A stretch of DNA of 56,994 bases, from IMG/VR virus record IMGVR_UViG_3300037310_000048, positions 1 to 56,994 of that record. The stretch is one strand, 5' to 3'. Positions 1 to 8,954 of the stretch are shown here, in pieces. Position 1 is the first letter of the stretch; each line of letters opens with the position of its first letter. The stretch is from a virus (taxonomy: Duplodnaviria > Caudoviricetes). The notes beneath the pieces were generated by a model. It had not been told where the DNA came from. It ran no database searches and saw only the letters and a program-made list of their open reading frames with translations. The position numbers and the translations under genes are program-made.

Positions 1-142
1 CCGTCCGTCCAGTCGTAGATCGGCCGGCAATGCCGAGCGCCAAACGGGTTGGCCTTCGTGAGGTGGCCGCCCGCCGAGATCACGGAGCACGAGCGGATGA
101 TCGACTCCTGCGCGCGCACCCCCATCCAGACGAACAGGTCCC
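1..142. repeat. Terminal direct repeat, left copy (circular assembly overlap)
   Basis: 1-142 matches 56853-56994 except C127 vs A56979; the PAPS-reductase-like gene stays in frame across the junction. Confidence 0.95.
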
Positions 143-587
143 GTCCCTCGGGCGGCGGGAACAGCGCCTTGCTGGTGATCCCCTGAATGTTCTTGTTGGC
201 GATCTCATAGGCGATGCTCGGGGGCTGCCTCACCCAACGGTCGGGCGGAAGCTGCGGATCAAACGCCCAAAAGTAGGGCGCCTCCCGGTTAAACACGTTG
301 ATCACCGGCTGCCGCGCGTACACCCACCGGAAGTCGACCTCGGGACGCTCGGCCACGCGCTCCGCGTATTCGAAGGTCCCCGGGTACATGATCTCGTCGT
401 CCCGCATGACGACCGTCACCGGGAGGTTCCCGGTCATCCGAGCGGCGAGAAGCGTCAGCTCGAGCGTGCAGGTGGAGTCCTTCCCGGCCGAGAACGTCAC
501 CACGAGCCGGTGACCCTGTTCGTACAGCTCCACGATGCGCTGAAGCGCCTGGTGGAACACGTCCATGCCGGTCGGAACGCGCTGCAT
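1..587 (-). CDS. PAPS reductase-like / PP-loop protein (IbrA/YbdN/DndC-like), N-terminal part; continues at 56852-56300 (379 aa total)
   Basis: Manually translated from ATG 587: MQRVPTGMDVFHQALQRIVELYEQGHRLVVTFSAGKDSTC (SxGKDS PP-loop) ... MRDDEIMYPGT; in frame with ORF 56300..56980; missed by ORF track because it spans the ends. Confidence 0.88.
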   Translation of the reverse strand, partial: MQRVPTGMDVFHQALQRIVELYEQGHRLVVTFSAGKDSTCTLELTLLAARMTGNLPVTVVMRDDEIMYPGTFEYAERVAERPEVDFRWVYARQPVINVFNREAPYFWAFDPQLPPDRWVRQPPSIAYEIANKNIQGITSKALFPPPEGRDLFVWMGVRAQESIIRSCSVISAGGHLTKANPFGARHCRPIYDWTD

Positions 588-1283
588 TCAGATCGTCCCC
601 TCGAGCCGTGGAGCGCACCCGGTCGTCGTAACGAGCCGCTCGATCGTCCGCGAGACGCGCCGCGGATGAAGCTCGGTCCCGAGGGATGGGATCCCGAGAC
701 GCTCGGCAGAGACGGCCGCAAGCCCCTGCCCCATGCAGGGATCGAACAGCACGCCGCTGCGACCGTGAAGCGCGGCCACGATCACGTCCGGCTCGTCCAG
801 GCCGGACAGGTCCGGTAGCCGCATCGGTTGTTCACCGACTCGCCCGAGCTGGACGTAGTGGCACTTCGACCGGCCGCCGTTGTAGGTCCCGGGCCAGCGA
901 GCCACCTCGTAGAGCCCTTCCCGCCGGGCCACGTCAAGCACATCGTCGAGGCCGCGCACTCCGTACTCGAGCAGGATCGCGCGCGTCGCCTGCCCGATCG
1001 CGCGGAAGATCGCTGGCATGAGACGACCGAGGAAGTCCACGTCCGACGGGACGCCGGCCTTCTCGCGGAACCCCTCGGCCACGCTCTTTCCCCACGGCGG
1101 ATCGACGTAGGAGAACGATGGCGTCTCGTGACGGCTCAAGAACGCATCGGCGAAGCCGCGCTCGAGGTCCCCGCACCCGATGACGTGGTTCCCGACCCGC
1201 CAGACCTCGCCGACGTTCACGGGAAACCGCTTCCAGGCGTCTCCGTAGGCAGGGCTGTTCACGGATCTGGCCTCCATGTTCAC
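588..1283 (-). CDS. Amino (N6-A/N4-C) DNA methyltransferase-like protein
   Basis: GEVWRVGNHVIGCGD, catalytic-type YVDPPW, C-terminal SAM motif LFDPCMGQG and GTELHP; GTG start overlaps upstream TGA. Confidence 0.75.
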   Translation of the reverse strand: MNMEARSVNSPAYGDAWKRFPVNVGEVWRVGNHVIGCGDLERGFADAFLSRHETPSFSYVDPPWGKSVAEGFREKAGVPSDVDFLGRLMPAIFRAIGQATRAILLEYGVRGLDDVLDVARREGLYEVARWPGTYNGGRSKCHYVQLGRVGEQPMRLPDLSGLDEPDVIVAALHGRSGVLFDPCMGQGLAAVSAERLGIPSLGTELHPRRVSRTIERLVTTTGCAPRLEGTI

Positions 1284-1987
1284 GCCCTCGTCCCGGTGAC
1301 GATCGTCCAGTAGGCGTCCCCGAGCAGGCCGGCAACGGGAGCCTCGAGCCGTGCGAGGCGGGAGATCGTGCGGCGTCCGGCCCGACCGTCGAGCGCGTCG
1401 ATCCGGCGCGACCAGAGCGACCGCACGCGCACGCCGCAGAACGCCGAGCCGCTGAACATGCGCCGAGCGAACCGGCGCGACCACGGGATCCACGGGACGC
1501 CGGAGCCCCGCAGGATGTAGCTCGGCCGGTGCGAGTAGGCCGGGGCGTACCCCATGAGGAAGAACCGGCCGCCGGACCGGAGGTTCCTCGCCACAGACCG
1601 CACGAGCGCGTCCGGCTCGACGTAGGACGCCCCTCCGAACATGGACGTGATCAGGTCGAAGTGCCCCGCCGCGAACGAGCGCACGTCAGCCAAGAGCCAC
1701 TCGGCGTCAGGGTGCTTCTCCTTCGCCCTCGCCAGCATCGCCGGAGAGGCGTCCACACCCACGCTGAACGTCGAGAGCGTCGGGAACCTGTCGAGCAACC
1801 AGCCGGTCCCGCACGCGAGGTCGGCCATGTAGCCGCACTCCCGCACCACCTCACGCACGAGCGGCCCAACGAGACGAGCCACGGCGTCGTCCTCGGCCCG
1901 GTCGATCACTCGAGGGTGCGCGGAGTCGTAGCGGTCAGCCAAGGCGTCGTAGGCCCGCGCCGCGAGCAACGTTTCAGTCCCGTCCAC
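1280..1987 (-). CDS. Class I SAM-dependent methyltransferase
   Basis: YDALADRYD, ADLACGTG, GVDASPAML, FDLIT, LRSGGRF motifs. Confidence 0.88.
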   Translation of the reverse strand: MDGTETLLAARAYDALADRYDSAHPRVIDRAEDDAVARLVGPLVREVVRECGYMADLACGTGWLLDRFPTLSTFSVGVDASPAMLARAKEKHPDAEWLLADVRSFAAGHFDLITSMFGGASYVEPDALVRSVARNLRSGGRFFLMGYAPAYSHRPSYILRGSGVPWIPWSRRFARRMFSGSAFCGVRVRSLWSRRIDALDGRAGRRTISRLARLEAPVAGLLGDAYWTIVTGTRA

Positions 1988-1990
1988 GGC

Positions 1991-2386
1991 CTACTCCGCT
2001 TCCAGCGCAGACAGGTCAAGCACCTTCGGAGCCTTCGACAGCCGAACGTGGTTCCGCTCAAACGTGGCGACGATGGCATCCCCACGGTGCGCGTCCAGGG
2101 TTGGCGCCGTCGGGATACGGACGAACACGAGCCCCTCCGTCTCCTGCACCCGGTAGATCCGCGTCTCCCCGACGGCCGGAGGTGGCTTCCCACGGTGCCG
2201 CCCGTTCAAGAACTCGGCCTCCACCTCGTCCGCAAGGTCGCCCCGCTTCATGCGACGCAGCTCGTCGCACGCCTTCGCCAGCGTACGTCGGCTCGGACGC
2301 TCGGGAAGGTCCGAGATCGCGATCGTCCCGTGTGCGAGCGCGAGCATGGCAACCTTGGTGTACGGGATTGAGCGTGAGTCGGTCAC
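1991..2386 (-). CDS. Hypothetical protein with possible AbrB/SpoVT-like DNA-binding domain
   Basis: C-terminal RVQETEGLVFVRIP...RGDAIVATFERNHVRL resembles the swapped-hairpin pattern. Confidence 0.45.
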   Translation of the reverse strand: MTDSRSIPYTKVAMLALAHGTIAISDLPERPSRRTLAKACDELRRMKRGDLADEVEAEFLNGRHRGKPPPAVGETRIYRVQETEGLVFVRIPTAPTLDAHRGDAIVATFERNHVRLSKAPKVLDLSALEAE

Positions 2387-2429
2387 GCCTACAGCGTGCC
2401 TTCATGCGCCAGCCGCGTCAAGATGCCGT

Positions 2430-2744
2430 CTAGCGGTCCTGCTCTGTCTCGCCCGTCGCCAAGGAAACGACGGCCTCGAGCTTAGGGCGGGGCTCGGCTG
2501 TGCCCTCCACGTTGTAGCCTCGAGCCCGGAGCATCGCCGCAAGCTCCTCGTCAGAGAGCGGACGCCCACGAACGAGGATGCCGCAGCGTTCCAGCTCGGA
2601 GAACATCCACCCGCGCGTCGGGTGCCGCGGATAGCTCGCCGGAAGCGCCGTAGGGGTGGATGCCTCGGGCGAGCACTCCACCACGTCAACGACCCTCTTC
2701 CACCTGCGCGAATCCTTGTTGACCTTGCGAGTCGCCATGCCCAC
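2430..2744 (-). CDS. Hypothetical protein
   Basis: ORF tiles with neighbours on the minus-strand arm. Confidence 0.55.
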   Translation of the reverse strand: MGMATRKVNKDSRRWKRVVDVVECSPEASTPTALPASYPRHPTRGWMFSELERCGILVRGRPLSDEELAAMLRARGYNVEGTAEPRPKLEAVVSLATGETEQDR

Positions 2745-2759
2745 AGCGTAGACGCCGCG

Positions 2760-3089
2760 TCAGCCCGGCCCGTCCTGATCTCCACGCTTCTTCTGCGCGT
2801 CGTAGGCCAGCATCGCCAGGATGCAACCGGAAGCCGCCGTCGTGATCGCATGGATGGGCGGCTTCCCGGTGGCGATCCCGGCGATCACGTTCCCGACCAC
2901 GCACACCCCGAGAGCTGCCGCCTTCTGCAACGGCTTCGGGATGAAGTGCGGCCCCGTGCGCTCGTCGGGACCGTCGGTCGGCGCCCGGCGCCGGAGCGTC
3001 GCCATCGGGAACGCCACGGTGCGCGCGAACACGGCTGTCCCCGCGGCCATGCCGCCAAGCTCCGGGTCCACTCCCTCGAGCACGTTCAC
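2760..3089 (-). CDS. Small membrane protein (possible holin)
   Basis: Two to three hydrophobic segments and charged C-tail (QKKRGDQDGPG); GTGA overlap. Confidence 0.45.
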   Translation of the reverse strand: MNVLEGVDPELGGMAAGTAVFARTVAFPMATLRRRAPTDGPDERTGPHFIPKPLQKAAALGVCVVGNVIAGIATGKPPIHAITTAASGCILAMLAYDAQKKRGDQDGPG

Positions 3090-3346
3090 GTCTCACCTGC
3101 CGGCTTGCGCTTGCGCTTCGGGCTCGTCACCTCGTCGGTGCCCGCCGCCTCAAGCGTGAAGAAACCGGCACCGCCGACGTGCGCGAAGCCGATGACGCGC
3201 CACTTCCCCTCGAGCCCCTCGAGCCCGAGGGCACTCCCGGCTTCATGCGCGGCACGGAGCGCGTCGACGTCGGCACCCTCGGCACGCGCCGTCGCGGTCT
3301 GCGGAGCGCCGTCGAGCGCATCGTTCAGCCAACAGGTCGCGGCCAC
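3086..3346 (-). CDS. Hypothetical protein
   Basis: GGAGG RBS upstream, coupled to next gene. Confidence 0.6.
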   Translation of the reverse strand: MAATCWLNDALDGAPQTATARAEGADVDALRAAHEAGSALGLEGLEGKWRVIGFAHVGGAGFFTLEAAGTDEVTSPKRKRKPAGET

Positions 3347-3390
3347 AGGTCACCTCCGACACGGATCTTCCGCGCCCAGGGCTCACGCGG

Positions 3391-3729
3391 TCAAGCGGAT
3401 TCGCGCGGGTCCTTCCCGCGAGCCTTCACCGCGAGAGCGAGGGCATGAACGCGCTCGGACAAGTCCTTCATGCCGCCCTGGACGGCCTCGGCCAGCCTGT
3501 CCACGTCTCTCTTGAGGGCGTCGACGTCCTTTGACGTCGCCATCGCAACCGTCCCGTGCTCGTTCTTGAGCAGGGCGAGCGCCTTCTCCGCCTCCTCGAG
3601 CTTCTTCGCCAGCTCGTTCACCTTGTCGCGCGCCGCCTCGAGAAGCGCCTCCGTGCGGAAGAACACCCTCCCTGCGACCGCCAGTGTTCCCAGGATCGAC
3701 AGGATGGCGACTACGGTTTCGATGTTCAT
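3391..3729 (-). CDS. Membrane-anchored coiled-coil protein
   Basis: N-terminal TM (VVAILSILGTLAVAG) followed by heptad-rich helix; GGAG RBS. Confidence 0.65.
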   Translation of the reverse strand: MNIETVVAILSILGTLAVAGRVFFRTEALLEAARDKVNELAKKLEEAEKALALLKNEHGTVAMATSKDVDALKRDVDRLAEAVQGGMKDLSERVHALALAVKARGKDPRESA

Positions 3730-3763
3730 GAACTCCGTAGCGTTTCGCGTGAACGCCCGGACG

Positions 3764-4240
3764 TCAAGAACGACCGCGTGGTCCGATCACGAGCGCGACC
3801 CGTCGCAACGTGAAGTCGTCCCGGTTCACGTTGCATGGAGCCTCGGAGATCCACTCCACCGTGAACCATGGGGAGCCGTGGACGTCGGCGTGGCGCTCCG
3901 TGACGATACCGCGCCCGTGTGGGGCAGAGAGGACGGAGCCCACCCGCACCTTCTCCCAAGCCGCCGGCCCGGTGTCCGTGATCATCCCCTCGACGGGACC
4001 CGGGGAGCCCTCGAGCCTGTCGATCTCCCGGCGGAGCGCGCGCACCTCGTCCCGTAGCCCGTCGATCTGGACCGCGTGTTGATCGCGCACGCGAAGGGCC
4101 TCCGCTGCGAGATCGAGGATCTCCACCGTGAGTCGTGTCGCCCGGGAAGCGAGCGCGTCAACGTCTCCGTCCGGCGGATCGCCCGGGTCGGAGAGGCGAG
4201 CGATCCGATCCTCGATCTCGGGGACCGGCTTCCCGTTCAT
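3764..4240 (-). CDS. Hypothetical protein (coiled coil plus small beta domain)
   Basis: ATGA overlap with upstream gene. Confidence 0.6.
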   Translation of the reverse strand: MNGKPVPEIEDRIARLSDPGDPPDGDVDALASRATRLTVEILDLAAEALRVRDQHAVQIDGLRDEVRALRREIDRLEGSPGPVEGMITDTGPAAWEKVRVGSVLSAPHGRGIVTERHADVHGSPWFTVEWISEAPCNVNRDDFTLRRVALVIGPRGRS

Positions 4241-4575
4241 GCCGCCCACGGGATCGCCTGGGAGAGCACGCGGGGCTTCGGTCCGCGCTTCATCTTCTCG
4301 GGCGGAGGGATCCCGACAGGGGGCCTCGAGCGAACAGCTTCATGAACGAGGCTCCGGCCGTGCGCCCGCGCCAGCGTCCGAGCTGCGAGCACCTCCGCGG
4401 CCATCTGCACGGGGTATCCGTCCCGCAGGGCCCGGTTCGCCTCGAGCACGTCGAGCAGATCCCACGGGTCCGAGCCGGACGGCACACGCCAGGCGGGAGG
4501 GTCATCGGGAAGGCAGGTGCGAACGAGGCGCTGAACCTCGCGCTCCCAGGCGAAACGCAGATCGCGGACTTGCAT
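4237..4575 (-). CDS. Hypothetical protein
   Basis: AGGAG RBS, tiling. Confidence 0.55.
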   Translation of the reverse strand: MQVRDLRFAWEREVQRLVRTCLPDDPPAWRVPSGSDPWDLLDVLEANRALRDGYPVQMAAEVLAARTLARAHGRSLVHEAVRSRPPVGIPPPEKMKRGPKPRVLSQAIPWAA

Positions 4576-4586
4576 CGGCTAGTCTC

Positions 4587-5141
4587 CTACGGCTTCTGCG
4601 TGTCGACGCCAAGCGCCTTCCGCGCTCGCTCCATCCACTCAAACGCAGGCGTCGGGAGCCCTCCATCGTCCACCAACTCGCAGAGGAGATCCCTGAACGT
4701 CTTGATCTGACGCGCTGCCTCATCCAAGTAGACTTCCGCGTTCCGCTCCTCGATCGTCGGCAGCGTGCCGTCGCCACCGGGCTTCATCGTCCGTTCAAAA
4801 GCCGCGATCGCCTCCAAGACGGTCCCGGCTGTCTTCTGCGGCCCGTCCATGCGAGCAGCGGCCTTAAGCACATTCCTCGCCTGCAACAACACCCCGCGCG
4901 CACGAGCGAGCTTCACGGAATAGGACGCCACGAGCAGCCGGAGATCCTCGATCTGCTTCACGAGCGCCGGCACCTCGAGCGACGCCAGGCGCGTCTGTTC
5001 CTCCACCTCGTCCGCGAACGACTCGATTTGATCCGTCGCCGGGGCTGCCTCGCGCATCCGCCGCAGGAGAGCTTCCCGCGTGTGTTCACAGACGAGGGCG
5101 TGGCAGATTCCGCACGCCTCCCGATAGGCCATTCTCGTCAT
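4587..5141 (-). CDS. Hypothetical coiled-coil protein with N-terminal CxxC
   Basis: GGAGG RBS, ATGA overlap. Confidence 0.6.
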   Translation of the reverse strand: MTRMAYREACGICHALVCEHTREALLRRMREAAPATDQIESFADEVEEQTRLASLEVPALVKQIEDLRLLVASYSVKLARARGVLLQARNVLKAAARMDGPQKTAGTVLEAIAAFERTMKPGGDGTLPTIEERNAEVYLDEAARQIKTFRDLLCELVDDGGLPTPAFEWMERARKALGVDTQKP

Positions 5142-5407
5142 CGCTCCACCTCCCGGTACTCATAGAGGAACTCCACGAGCACGCCGTTTGAGATCCACCG
5201 TCTGATCACCTCGTCGGCTTCACGCTCGAGGCGCCTCCGCTCGGAGGCCCGAAGATCGGTCCACACCGCGTCCTGAAGCCGTGAGGCTTCGATCGCCAAA
5301 GCACGGGCCAGCGCACGGCGTCGTCCAGACACATACGGCACCGTGGGCGACCGTGAGATTGCACGAGCCGACGGTTGATCGGCTTGCTGTGCGTCGTCCT
5401 GCTTCAT
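5138..5407 (-). CDS. Hypothetical protein
   Basis: ATGA overlaps on both sides. Confidence 0.5.
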   Translation of the reverse strand: MKQDDAQQADQPSARAISRSPTVPYVSGRRRALARALAIEASRLQDAVWTDLRASERRRLEREADEVIRRWISNGVLVEFLYEYREVER

Positions 5408-5865
5408 CCCGCTCGCCTTCGCTCGAATGTCCACGGGGCGGAGTCGTCCGGGTCGGGTGGAGAGAACTCGGCCAGGGTGAGGCTCCGGTGACCGAGCACG
5501 TTGACGATGATGGTGGGGAGGCTAGAGCGGGTGTGCCCGACATGGGCGAGGAAGGAGCGGAGGGCCTCGGGGGTGGGGATGCCGTTCCCTCGTTCGATCG
5601 ACATGCGCCACGCGAGGGCGTCTCCGTGAAGACCGTCGTACAGCTCGCCAGGGTCGAAGCCGTTGGCGCCTTCCTGATCGTCGAAGTAGCGACCCCATGC
5701 CGCGGCTCTCCCAGGGTTTGGTTCCCCTCGCGGGATCATCAGTAGCAGAAAGCAGATCCGACAGCCGTCCAGCGTGCATCGAGCAGCCTCGTGGAACTTG
5801 GCCGAAGTTCGCGCCTTGACGCGCCAGGCTGGGCCGCCACACTTTGGGCACCACCCGCGCTTCAC
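5404..5865 (-). CDS. Hypothetical protein with N-terminal Cys motifs
   Basis: CPKC...CTLDGC; tiling. Confidence 0.55.
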   Translation of the reverse strand: MKRGWCPKCGGPAWRVKARTSAKFHEAARCTLDGCRICFLLLMIPRGEPNPGRAAAWGRYFDDQEGANGFDPGELYDGLHGDALAWRMSIERGNGIPTPEALRSFLAHVGHTRSSLPTIIVNVLGHRSLTLAEFSPPDPDDSAPWTFERRRAG

Positions 5866-5970
5866 GGTTCATCCACGCGAGGGAACAGGGAGTCAAGGAC
5901 GCTCGGGTCCGTTCGACCGTCAAGTGCCTTCCCGAACAGGCGACGTTTCGGGCTCTCGGATGTGGCGTGA

Positions 5971-6324
5971 TCACGCATCGTTGCGCCTATGCTTCGCGGC
6001 GCTCTTGCAGTCCGCGAAGTGGTTGAGCCCGTCGGGCGTGAACGGCGCCGGCTTCCCGGCCTTAGTGCGCACCCACCAGATCGAGCGACCGCAGCTCTTG
6101 CAGGTGCCGGCGTCAGCCCCGATCGACTTCATCAAGAGCGCGATGTTCGAGCGGTAGTAGGCCGCCACCGCACGACGATCGTCATCGATCGCAGCCTGCA
6201 CCGTAGCGATCACCTCGGAGAGCGCCGCAGCGTCGATTTCTTTGCGGAACACACGGACGTCGGGCGAGACGGCCGCGAGGACCTCAACTGCGAGATCGTC
6301 GGATGGACGAGGCTTCACGGTCAC
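5971..6324 (-). CDS. Hypothetical protein with C-terminal Zn-finger-like motif
   Basis: CKSCGRSIWWVRTKAGK...NHFADC; GTGA overlap. Confidence 0.6.
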   Translation of the reverse strand: MTVKPRPSDDLAVEVLAAVSPDVRVFRKEIDAAALSEVIATVQAAIDDDRRAVAAYYRSNIALLMKSIGADAGTCKSCGRSIWWVRTKAGKPAPFTPDGLNHFADCKSAAKHRRNDA

Positions 6325-6581
6325 TTCTGGTTCTCCACCACCAGCGCAAGTCGCCGGAGCTTCTTGGCGTGCCTCCGCAGCACATCGCGCACCCACTCCT
6401 GCGGGGCGCAATCACGACCAGGGTTCAGCTGAACCACGTCGTCGTATCGTCGAGCGTCCTCGTCCAGAGAGTCCGCGACGTCGCGGAGCGTCCCGACGGT
6501 ACCGATCGATCGAGAGAGCCGGATGCGTCCGCGCTTCGCCACCTTGATCACCTCCGCGGCTCCGGCCGCTCTGCTCCCCAT
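6321..6581 (-). CDS. Hypothetical protein
   Basis: Tiling ORF; start uncertain. Confidence 0.5.
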   Translation of the reverse strand: MGSRAAGAAEVIKVAKRGRIRLSRSIGTVGTLRDVADSLDEDARRYDDVVQLNPGRDCAPQEWVRDVLRRHAKKLRRLALVVENQK

Positions 6582-6598
6582 CCTACGCGCGGAGCCGG

Positions 6599-7128
6599 CT
6601 ACGTCGAGGGAGATCCGAACAGATCCGGTCGGCGAGCGAGCGCATCCCTCCATGACTGCCACGCACGCGAGACGGCGCCAGACCCCGGGAACAGGTCAAC
6701 GAGATCATCATCGGGATCGGCCCCGAGCACCTCAAACAACCACCAGCACACCGCCTCCGGTTTGGCGCCAGCGAGCCCGCGCCTCATCGTGATCGGCTCC
6801 GAAAAGAAATCCCGCAACGGACGCACGAGCCTGCCGACCTTCTGCTTCCTCGCCGGAACGATGATCACGGGCTCCCAGGCGTAGGCCACAGGGACGTTCC
6901 TCTTGAACGCAGCGAACGGCTTCACCCATGCCATGACGCGAGCACGGGGGGGGTAAGGGGCAGCACTTGATGAAGTGCCGTCGACGAGGTGTGCAGGAGC
7001 CAACCGTCATAGGTGAGCAAGTCGCGCACGAGCGCAGCGTGATCGACCTCGCCCGCGAAGTCGGGATGGTCCGCGTAGTGCTTCGCGCTCTGCCCAGGGT
7101 AGGGAGGATCGGCGTAGGCGAGCCTCAC
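6599..7128 (-). pseudogene. Amino DNA methyltransferase split by a frameshift at a C8 tract (6946-6953)
   Basis: N-part VRLAYADPPY..., C-part AWVKPF...GAKPEAVCWW...LVDLFPGSGAV in another frame; C9 would fuse them. Confidence 0.75.
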
Positions 7129-7616
7129 GGATCGTTCCTCCTGGCGTACCGCGACCGACGGAGCCCGAGCGCGAGCGCCTCTTTCGGGTGAGCCCCGATC
7201 CAATCGTGACAGCGACGGCAGACCGCAAGCACGTTCTTGTCGTCGAGGATCGAGCCACCAGCGGAGCGGGCAAGCAGCTCATGAACATCGCACGGGAGAC
7301 GAGCGCATTCGCTGAACACCGGGTCCGTCGCCCGGTCGCGCTCTGCGGGATCGAACGTCCCGATCAAGTGTCGGCCGATGCGCCTGCCCGCCTCACAGGT
7401 CGGACGCTCCCGCAGGATGCGAGCCACGAACGCTCTGCGCCCCTCCTGCTTGCCTGTTCCCGCGCAGCGTGAGCAGGCACAGCGAGCGCCCGGCCACCCG
7501 CCCGTCCCGACCATGCCGGAGCCGCCGCAAGACGAGCAGCGCCCCGTGTAGAGCGCCTCGCGCTTCTTGGAGCGCGACTTCATGCGGGATCGCTTCATCG
7601 GAGCGGATCGCTTCAT
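7125..7616 (-). CDS. HNH endonuclease with N-terminal CxxCxGxG zinc-finger repeats
   Basis: CSSCGGSG, CSRCAGTG; DVHELLARSAGG...NVLAVCRRCHDWI. Confidence 0.8.
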   Translation of the reverse strand: MKRSAPMKRSRMKSRSKKREALYTGRCSSCGGSGMVGTGGWPGARCACSRCAGTGKQEGRRAFVARILRERPTCEAGRRIGRHLIGTFDPAERDRATDPVFSECARLPCDVHELLARSAGGSILDDKNVLAVCRRCHDWIGAHPKEALALGLRRSRYARRNDP

Positions 7617-7951
7617 GGCTTCGGCGCGACCTCTCCGCGCTCGAGCCGCCCGATCAGCGCATCAAGCACCACACACTCAAAGGCGGGGCCACCAGCCGAT
7701 GACCGAAATGTCATCGACCTTGCCATCTTCAGGACGGCCTTGACCCCAGGGAGGATGCCCGCAGCTCGCCCGCGCACACGCCGGATCAAGCCGTGGCGCT
7801 CGAGGGCGAGAACGTGATCGGACGCCGCGTTCGTGGAGCGACAGCCGATCGCCTTCATCAACTCGCGGACGGTCATCCCCATCCCGGTCCGGGCGTGGTG
7901 CCGCTCGACGATGTGGGCGATCTCGCGTTGACGTTCGGTCGGCCCCCTCAC
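7613..7951 (-). CDS. LexA N-terminal-like winged-HTH regulator (no peptidase domain)
   Basis: PTERQREI...MTVRELMKAIGCRSTNAASDHVLALERHGLIRR. Confidence 0.8.
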   Translation of the reverse strand: MRGPTERQREIAHIVERHHARTGMGMTVRELMKAIGCRSTNAASDHVLALERHGLIRRVRGRAAGILPGVKAVLKMARSMTFRSSAGGPAFECVVLDALIGRLERGEVAPKP

Positions 7952-8286
7952 GGCATTCGCTCCGCCGGCTGGATGATGGGCGGGGGTTGATCGATCTCCT
8001 TCAGGAGCTTATCGACCGCCGCGCGCGCCACCTGGCCGATCCCGATCTTGGTCTGCATCGGCACCTCACCAGCGCCCGCCAGAGCGACGAGGGCCGCCGC
8101 CTCGAATGCCGCCGCCGCCGTGTAGAGGTAGCGCACCACGTTCTCCGGCCTGACCAACTTGTCGTCGGCAGGGAGCCCGGAGACGAGCACGTTCATGAGG
8201 AATCGAGCCCTGTTCAGCACCTCGTCCTCGACGATCTTGATCTCGATCTGCTTCTTGCTCACCAGCTCCACCACGGCGTCCTCCAT
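7948..8286 (-). CDS. Hypothetical protein
   Basis: Start MEDAVV in TAATG overlap. Confidence 0.6.
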   Translation of the reverse strand: MEDAVVELVSKKQIEIKIVEDEVLNRARFLMNVLVSGLPADDKLVRPENVVRYLYTAAAAFEAAALVALAGAGEVPMQTKIGIGQVARAAVDKLLKEIDQPPPIIQPAERMP

Positions 8287-8483
8287 TAAACTGCGTTTCC
8301 GAGCAGGTCCACACGACCATCGGCCTTGTGCGCTGCGATGATCCGAAGGCAGGCACGGCACGTCACCTGCCACTCGTCGCCCGTGTACGTCGGTCGGCGA
8401 GCAAGCGTTCCGCACAACGGCCGCCCGCCAGCCCGCACCGGGCGGTAGTGCGTCCGAGGTGGCCGGACCTTCTCGCCGATCAC
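8286..8483 (-). CDS. Small hypothetical Cys/His protein
   Basis: THY...LCG...VTCRAC; GTGA and TAATG overlaps. Confidence 0.55.
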   Translation of the reverse strand: MIGEKVRPPRTHYRPVRAGGRPLCGTLARRPTYTGDEWQVTCRACLRIIAAHKADGRVDLLGNAV

Positions 8484-8950
8484 GGTGCCGTCACCCTCCC
8501 GGCGTAGTCGCCGATCCAGAGCGCATCCGCGTGATTGTCGTCCTCGATCGTGAGGAAGCTCCACCGCGCTCGAGCTGCCGCCAGCATCGCGTCCTTCTTC
8601 GCGTTGCCCTTCCCCGTCGCGTGCCGCTTCACCGTCGCCACCGGGATCCCCTCGTATGGGATCCCGTGCCGCTCGCACCACATCGTCACCGTGGCGAGGG
8701 CGCCACCATAGGCGTGAGCTGCGTCCGTCCCGGCGTGCGCCCGGACCTCCTCCACCGCGACCTTCTGCGGAAGCCTCGTGCGGAGGATCTCGTCCAGGCA
8801 GAGCCCCAGGCGGAGCCACTTCATGCCGGCGCCCTCGAACCGGCGCTGGCGATCGCTCTGAAGCGTCCAGACACCGGAGCCGATGTGCTGGCCGGTGTCG
8901 AACAGCGACCACCCGCAGCGGTTGCCGAGGTCGAGCGCGAGAACGATCAC
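8480..8950 (-). CDS. ruvC: RuvC-like Holliday junction resolvase
   Basis: LALDLGNRCGW, VAVEEV, VKRHATGKGNAKK, DDNHADALWI. Confidence 0.85.
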   Translation of the reverse strand: MIVLALDLGNRCGWSLFDTGQHIGSGVWTLQSDRQRRFEGAGMKWLRLGLCLDEILRTRLPQKVAVEEVRAHAGTDAAHAYGGALATVTMWCERHGIPYEGIPVATVKRHATGKGNAKKDAMLAAARARWSFLTIEDDNHADALWIGDYAGRVTAP

Positions 8951-8954
8951 GGCC

